A stretch of 64,000 nt of DNA from a virus. The position numbers and the translations under genes are program-made. The notes beneath the pieces are model-generated. The model was not told where the DNA came from. It saw only the letters and a list, made by a program, of their open reading frames with translations, and ran no database searches. Shown here piece by piece: positions 59,401 through 64,000 of the stretch (position 1 is the stretch's first letter; each line of letters opens with the position of its first letter). The stretch covers positions 1 through 64,000 of IMG/VR virus record IMGVR_UViG_3300018420_000012; one strand, 5' to 3'.

Positions 59401-62400
59401 GAATATCTGGCGAGTCACAGAATATTAACTTTGGAAATATTGATACTGCGAGTGGCTTCTCTGTCTTTGCTAGATTTACACCGGACGTAAATGTTTCTGG
59501 TGCTGATTACGATTTATTTGAAAGCGGAATTTTATTCGCTAAGTGGGACGCTGCTGGCGATTTAGATTTTGCCCTAGCCTATAGTGGCGGCTTCTTAGCT
59601 GGTTATGCACAAGACGACATTGGTAATATTATCAAGGTTATAGATACTGTACCTTATAGCGGATATCAATATCCATTAAATGTTATCTTAACTTATAACG
59701 ATCATCAACAAAGCGGTCTTAAACTTTATACTGATAATGAATTCTGGCAAGATGAGTTCCCAGTATTGAGAGCAAGTGGTGGTCCTTTCTACAAAAACAC
59801 AACTAACGCAGATTTAGTTCTTGGTTTTGGTGCTGGTTCTGGCGTTGGCATGAACATGCTCGTTAGTGAATTTGGTATTTCAACGTGGGCTTCTGGTGTC
59901 TATGGCTCTGGAACAAACATTGTAGAATCCAATGCCGATAGAACATACAGACAGGTAACAGCTGAAGATTTCTTAATCAATAGTAGAGTTAAATTCTTTG
60001 ACCCGGACGAGGTTGCTTCTAACGACTCCTACAAGTTGTGGGATAGAGTAAATGAAGATACTTACAACGATTGGGATATTGGTGCTTTCCAGAACTGCAT
60101 GTTCTCCTCTGCTTTTGATGAATTGCAGATCAGACCTAGCATGGAGCAGATTGTATTTGAGATCAAGCATCATGGTTCTGGTTATACTCAGTACGCAGAC
60201 CTTCCCTCTCCGTCATCTGTAAATAGTGGTGTGTCCTACCACACCCAGATTGAAAACGACTTCCTTCGTTTCCACCTGACAGATGTTCCAGATAATTTCT
60301 ACTCAGTAAATAGAAGAATCACCAAGACATTACCGATTGGGTACAAGTTCTCAGAGAAAGCACTTGTTGTAGAGAGCGTGATCGAACATCACTCTAGCGG
60401 AGATATTGTATGGCCTGAGTGTGATGGTCAAGAGGGTCCACGATTAATCATTAGTCTTTACACCAAAAACAAAGACCCATACTGGAATACTACTGAGCCT
60501 AACTGGGGATTGGTTAATAGAAAAATTCATTATGTGCCACCATCTGCTTGTATTTATAGATTTGATAGCACGTTTACCTATGATGATATTTGCGACACCT
60601 CAGAAGAGTGGGCTATTTTCCCACAAGAGCCAAGACAGAGAGAATTTAAAGAGTCTTATTTCTCTGATGATGTAAACGATATGTTCGTTCAGTACGACCT
60701 TGTTTACCCATCCGGCCCAGCTTTTGAGTCAAGGCTTGACCTCCATTCATCACACATCAGAATGTCAGAGGCCAATATCCTCAAATTAGATGATTCTGGC
60801 GTTATGAATCTTTACGCAAGTGGCGGATTCCCAGCTACAGAATTCATTAATTTGGTTTGTGGTGAAATTGCTGTGTCTGGCACAGATAGTTTGCCATTGT
60901 TGATTGGCACTCCATTGCCGCTTGATAACCTTGAAGATACATCTGGTTCTGGATTCTTCTTAACAATCAGTGGTGCAATTAGAGTAGCTGAAATTTTACC
61001 TCTCTTTACACCTCTACAGTCTGGTATTGAATATCTAGACCTATTCATTAGTGGTCAAGAGCCTAGCTCAACTTCTAGCAGTATGAACTTGGCTATGCCT
61101 TATACCATTGGCTTCTTTGATTCGTCGAGCGATGCAAACATTAGAACCACCAGTGGCGGTGGCGGCGGTGGAGGTGGCGGTGGTCAGTCTACGGGTGGCG
61201 ATCCCGGAGATGATGCTACAATCGGCGGTAAACCACCAGCTAGTATTACATCAAGTTTCTTTGGTATGCCAATGGTTCTACTTGGAGAATCTGGAGTATA
61301 TGCAAATAATGATATTCCGCTATATGTCTATGCGACAAATATCGGAACCTCTGGCAGTTCTACAAACATGCCAATGACCCTTTGGAATAATTTCAATAAT
61401 ACTACCGCAGCAAATAATTCTGGCGTTCTCAATCTAACAACTAGAGCTATAGGCAAAATAAGAAGTAGATTTAGAAGCGATTACATGCCGCTATTTATCT
61501 CTGCACCATTAACACCATCTGCTATACTTCCTTTATACGTTACTAACTTCAATATTCCTGTTCAGAATACTGGTAGTATGAACCTAATGACGGCTAATTA
61601 CTCGTCGGCTGGCGGTTCTGCTTATGGGTTGTGGGATAATATTAATTACGGAACTGGTATTGAGCTTGATGATAATGTCTACGCAACAGTTCCAGTAGAC
61701 AATGAAATAAGGGGCGTTGATCTGACGGCTTATGGCTCTTGTGATGGTGATAGTCCAAGTAAAGCTATTGATCGTGCCTTGGCTACCGACTGCGTAGCTT
61801 GGAGAGAAGAAACGTGTAATGACGGCGGTATATTTAGAGCCAAAGAAACTTACACAAACCCCGAAGCAACTGGGTTTGACGGGGTAACTCTTGGCTATAG
61901 CGGCAATTACTATGGTCTTAGAAAGTTTACCGATCTAGTTCCTTCGTATAATTATTACACAACTGTAACTATCAAGACCGGCTCTACTGACCCAATTCCT
62001 GTGCCAAGAACTTTTGAGGAATGGGAATATGGAATGTGCGGCCCCGCTTGGGACGCTGATGGTTGCTGCACAGAAGATTGCGATCAGAACCTCGTGTTCT
62101 CTGGTGTTAAGTTGATTGGTGACGATGCCTGTGGTGTTCCTCCATCCAGTAACCTGTGTGTAGACCCAGATTCTATCGTAGCCTCTGGCAGACATGAATT
62201 TGCTAAGTATGGCAAAGCTCTGGCCGTAAAGAATGATTTAATGGCTGTATCTGCTCCTAATCAAACTATTCCAGAGTACGATATTTATTCAGACCCACCG
62301 ACTATGGTAGATGTCAGCGGTGCTGGCTCTGTATTCCTTTATCGTAGAGGCGACGACGTTGCTGGCAAAAAGGCTTCTTGGGAACTCGCAACACAACTCA

Positions 62401-64000
62401 TGCTTCCTACTGGATACCGAAAAGACTACCCTCAAAGAACCATTGACAATCTTCTTAGGTTCGATAACTTTACAATCTCTGGCGTTAAGTGGCAGATTGG
62501 TCAAGAGGGTCGTCAATTTGGTGAGTCTGTAGACTTATGTTCTAGCGGCGATAGAGAAGTAGTTGTAGTTGGAGCACCTAGAGCAAAATGGAGTAGAAAC
62601 TTTGAAGATATTGTAACGTCTGGAATACCAACCGCTGCTATTATCTTTGCCGATAGGTTTGCATATAGTGAAGTCTCTCTAAATAGAATTGCTGCAACAG
62701 CTAAAAGATTTGACATCTTATGGAAGTATTTCTCGGCACCTTGGTATGCAGACTCAATTTATGGTGGAACCCCACCTGAGTTCCAACCTCAGATTGAAAC
62801 AAAGTTCTTGGTTATTCAATCTTCATTGTCTAGTAAAGATAATCCACTAGTTCCTTCTGACAATGATTGGTTTAAGCACATCTATATTCCAAGATTAGAT
62901 GATTATGATCTATTGGTAGAGACTGGCTCTGGCGTATTCAGCGATGCCGGTCAAACGGGGACCGTTCAGCAATACTTTAACTCTGGACTTCCAGTTGTAT
63001 TTGAACAAATCAATAGTGGTATTAAAGCAGCCTTCTTTGAATTGTTCCCAAGCGGAAGGTCAGATGTTCTCTATAGTGGTGTACCAGCTATTGTTGGAAT
63101 GTTCCAAGAGCAAAGCTCGTCTACGTTAGGTGCCTTATCATTTACTTCTGAGGGCGGAACTTTCAATTCTGTATACAAAGAGTTTGAAGATTTCTATAAC
63201 TCTTATTCCATTAGTGGTGTCTATAATCAGATTACTGGAAATCCTGAAAGTGGACACTTAAATATTGTTCAAGATAGGTCAGAAGATTGGGTTGAAACTA
63301 CTCAAGAATTGATCTATAACACATTTGACTCTGGAAGGCTTGCGTCGTCTTACACGAATACAACACTAAATCAATACTTCATCACTAGCGGTGTTGGTCA
63401 AGAGTTTGCACAAGAATTCAACATTAATGAATTCCAGATCGCTCCAGCTTCCGGTGGTCGTGTTTACATCTTTGAAAATGAGAGGGGTAACTTTAATTGT
63501 ATCCAGCAGATTATTTCTCCTAATGATACATCAGACTTCTTTAACGACGAGACAGATTGGTATCTCGGAAACTCTTATGGCAAAAACTACAATGATAGAT
63601 TTGGTCACTCTGTTTCTATTAGCCAAAACGGTGAAGTTATTTCTGTTGGCTCTCCATTCTTAGCTGGCTCTCCATGTAGAATCTATGAAAGATCAGAGTC
63701 AGCAAATGCATTATTCTATGATGCAGTAAGAAGTTTTGCGTCCTACATAGGAAACACGGACGCTGTAGATCATTATGACAATATCCTCGCGTTGTCTGGT
63801 GCTGCCGTTGCGAAAGAATCAGCCTATGACTATCTAAATGATTCAGAGAGATTTAGATTAAGAACTGATATAAACTTCTGGGACGGCGATCCACCTAGTG
63901 TTTATCAAATTAGCTTTAGCTATAGCTATGGCGATATCGAGTATCGGGGCACGAGAAAGTTCTTGCCAGATGAGTTCGCTGGCGGATCAAGGCTTGGTTG
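56475..64000 (+). CDS. Giant tail-tip/adhesin protein (>2500 aa, truncated by the window) with LamG-like domain and FG-GAP repeats
   Basis: ATG 56475; frame consistent at spot checks to the window end, and absent from the track, consistent with no stop; GFSVFARFTP (~59450); YGKALAV..DLMAVSAP..GAGSVFLY, FGESVD..VVVGAP, GRVYIF, FGHSVSIS.NGE.ISVGSP. Confidence 0.85.
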   Translation, partial: MSDLFFKALECSCVKGTAVTCPAGGEIVATMSATATISASVESDSKIFSPQPADICNDTVQAISGSGPLYLVTTNGSCGDINTDSLAQISIGEETYYYNIITIDGNSITLEYDNSTDDIDRQIEIGDSLQFTTYLDTIPVAISRTRGLSQVVEADSEVSAKASARIQFDLDAFLAEGEIVEDLSADYSASGLFISDGEFINTNTDKVNGEFSDFYCQQILYPSGDLAIDEGFGSFIAVYNQSGNLYSYIDEGVYQGLLMDRGDSVLLTDDINSFIHPNTIHTEGFFQYKCSLTELYVRPDDSYLRMRVSAPLRNYESRIAPLYTVYNIRLNDPSGNLIIKYKDFTVRGDSDQEHPNYTTYSISTEQNVLAESYDWERTTQPHMHEVSGYSLSFNIRAIALDDAFTEGFDEGFEENYIIPEIFNVSGNNYLALDGSPISTQEERFINPTDGFRISALEICNSGGIGFGYRIENTLSFYTEVPETGRRLERQILPSFMPVSTFDTSIWPSVSSVWESSRDNSVTNLDKCGSEELIKILTGGGPDYITLNAMGGDNIADSGKLTIKFSYGPSPVSEVTLGAFNSDFDQNTESIWFSPSGAFNTENTTTGDRLKQDLSFVDIDTLTLKVVAKKEIGSRDYILDVVGYSDDKLLNMTPASGGFIQDPSGVILNDLFVPNVGQHPVLSGFYSNGNDFALGGTAISQKEQYYQASGNDHYKLAQYPTVTGTEFETYEIPLVIIDESVILGKGKDYSLSSLFEHLYLDIFPLPSGASIRDISLCARYKPQNALQFYTEGGEGIGKPQDGRSEAALFPSGRQTGDNILNAGSGYGPISTIEGLPHAFSSPETIKSNYSRRWRGREGTVRGPYDIDQFSFSFENPLLDYPFLSGYFKFDDIEDGYVKSAILGGDYGTVSGLIVGDFESYQNVGWRLTSGTLFQDAMPGFSGNYTTTDWTSLSNGSTTFVGNPMYGKIADAFDRVVRISGESQNINFGNIDTASGFSVFARFTPDVNVSGADYDLFESGILFAKWDAAGDLDFALAYSGGFLAGYAQDDIGNIIKVIDTVPYSGYQYPLNVILTYNDHQQSGLKLYTDNEFWQDEFPVLRASGGPFYKNTTNADLVLGFGAGSGVGMNMLVSEFGISTWASGVYGSGTNIVESNADRTYRQVTAEDFLINSRVKFFDPDEVASNDSYKLWDRVNEDTYNDWDIGAFQNCMFSSAFDELQIRPSMEQIVFEIKHHGSGYTQYADLPSPSSVNSGVSYHTQIENDFLRFHLTDVPDNFYSVNRRITKTLPIGYKFSEKALVVESVIEHHSSGDIVWPECDGQEGPRLIISLYTKNKDPYWNTTEPNWGLVNRKIHYVPPSACIYRFDSTFTYDDICDTSEEWAIFPQEPRQREFKESYFSDDVNDMFVQYDLVYPSGPAFESRLDLHSSHIRMSEANILKLDDSGVMNLYASGGFPATEFINLVCGEIAVSGTDSLPLLIGTPLPLDNLEDTSGSGFFLTISGAIRVAEILPLFTPLQSGIEYLDLFISGQEPSSTSSSMNLAMPYTIGFFDSSSDANIRTTSGGGGGGGGGGQSTGGDPGDDATIGGKPPASITSSFFGMPMVLLGESGVYANNDIPLYVYATNIGTSGSSTNMPMTLWNNFNNTTAANNSGVLNLTTRAIGKIRSRFRSDYMPLFISAPLTPSAILPLYVTNFNIPVQNTGSMNLMTANYSSAGGSAYGLWDNINYGTGIELDDNVYATVPVDNEIRGVDLTAYGSCDGDSPSKAIDRALATDCVAWREETCNDGGIFRAKETYTNPEATGFDGVTLGYSGNYYGLRKFTDLVPSYNYYTTVTIKTGSTDPIPVPRTFEEWEYGMCGPAWDADGCCTEDCDQNLVFSGVKLIGDDACGVPPSSNLCVDPDSIVASGRHEFAKYGKALAVKNDLMAVSAPNQTIPEYDIYSDPPTMVDVSGAGSVFLYRRGDDVAGKKASWELATQLMLPTGYRKDYPQRTIDNLLRFDNFTISGVKWQIGQEGRQFGESVDLCSSGDREVVVVGAPRAKWSRNFEDIVTSGIPTAAIIFADRFAYSEVSLNRIAATAKRFDILWKYFSAPWYADSIYGGTPPEFQPQIETKFLVIQSSLSSKDNPLVPSDNDWFKHIYIPRLDDYDLLVETGSGVFSDAGQTGTVQQYFNSGLPVVFEQINSGIKAAFFELFPSGRSDVLYSGVPAIVGMFQEQSSSTLGALSFTSEGGTFNSVYKEFEDFYNSYSISGVYNQITGNPESGHLNIVQDRSEDWVETTQELIYNTFDSGRLASSYTNTTLNQYFITSGVGQEFAQEFNINEFQIAPASGGRVYIFENERGNFNCIQQIISPNDTSDFFNDETDWYLGNSYGKNYNDRFGHSVSISQNGEVISVGSPFLAGSPCRIYERSESANALFYDAVRSFASYIGNTDAVDHYDNILALSGAAVAKESAYDYLNDSERFRLRTDINFWDGDPPSVYQISFSYSYGDIEYRGTRKFLPDEFAGGSRLG

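Noticed and set aside
61150-61200. GGT/GGC-rich tract
   Set aside because: Encodes a poly-Gly linker in the giant ORF; no evidence for a separate DNA-level function
1-64000. CRISPR array, tRNA genes, introns/inteins in TerL or MCP, stop-codon reassignment, tail sheath
   Set aside because: None visible by eye; genes are uninterrupted and tile densely under the standard code (tRNAscan and CRISPR tools were not run)

Overview
This window is the virion-morphogenesis (late) region of a large tailed dsDNA phage, most likely a long-tailed siphovirus since no sheath gene is visible. The host cannot be determined from this window. From about 1.1 kb onward all genes lie on the + strand. In order: a phage sigma factor, a TerS candidate, GDP-mannose 4,6-dehydratase (gmd), HNH and ERCC4 nucleases, a ClpP-like protease, TerL, portal, prohead protease with nested scaffold, decoration protein and major capsid protein. 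About 31 kb of fibre/appendage genes follow, interleaved with the neck genes, then the tail tube, chaperones, a 2044-aa tape measure protein (TMP) and a >2500-aa LamG/FG-GAP protein that runs off the window and is absent from the ORF track. The first 1.1 kb is divergently transcribed and carries a small Zn-ribbon gene and a candidate ~340-nt pseudoknotted structured RNA. Most notable observations: (1) the TMP contains a PD-(D/E)xK nuclease-like cassette bracketed by repeated F/Y-x-x-GG and DTVPAxLTPGEFV modules, a possible injected effector; (2) the candidate ncRNA; (3) strong x-S-G enrichment in outer virion proteins together with gmd in the morphogenesis operon, a possible virion glycosylation system; (4) a GTGTATAAT late-promoter regulon; (5) a uORF/hairpin switch on a tail-chaperone gene. 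All assignments come from manual motif reading; no database searches were run.
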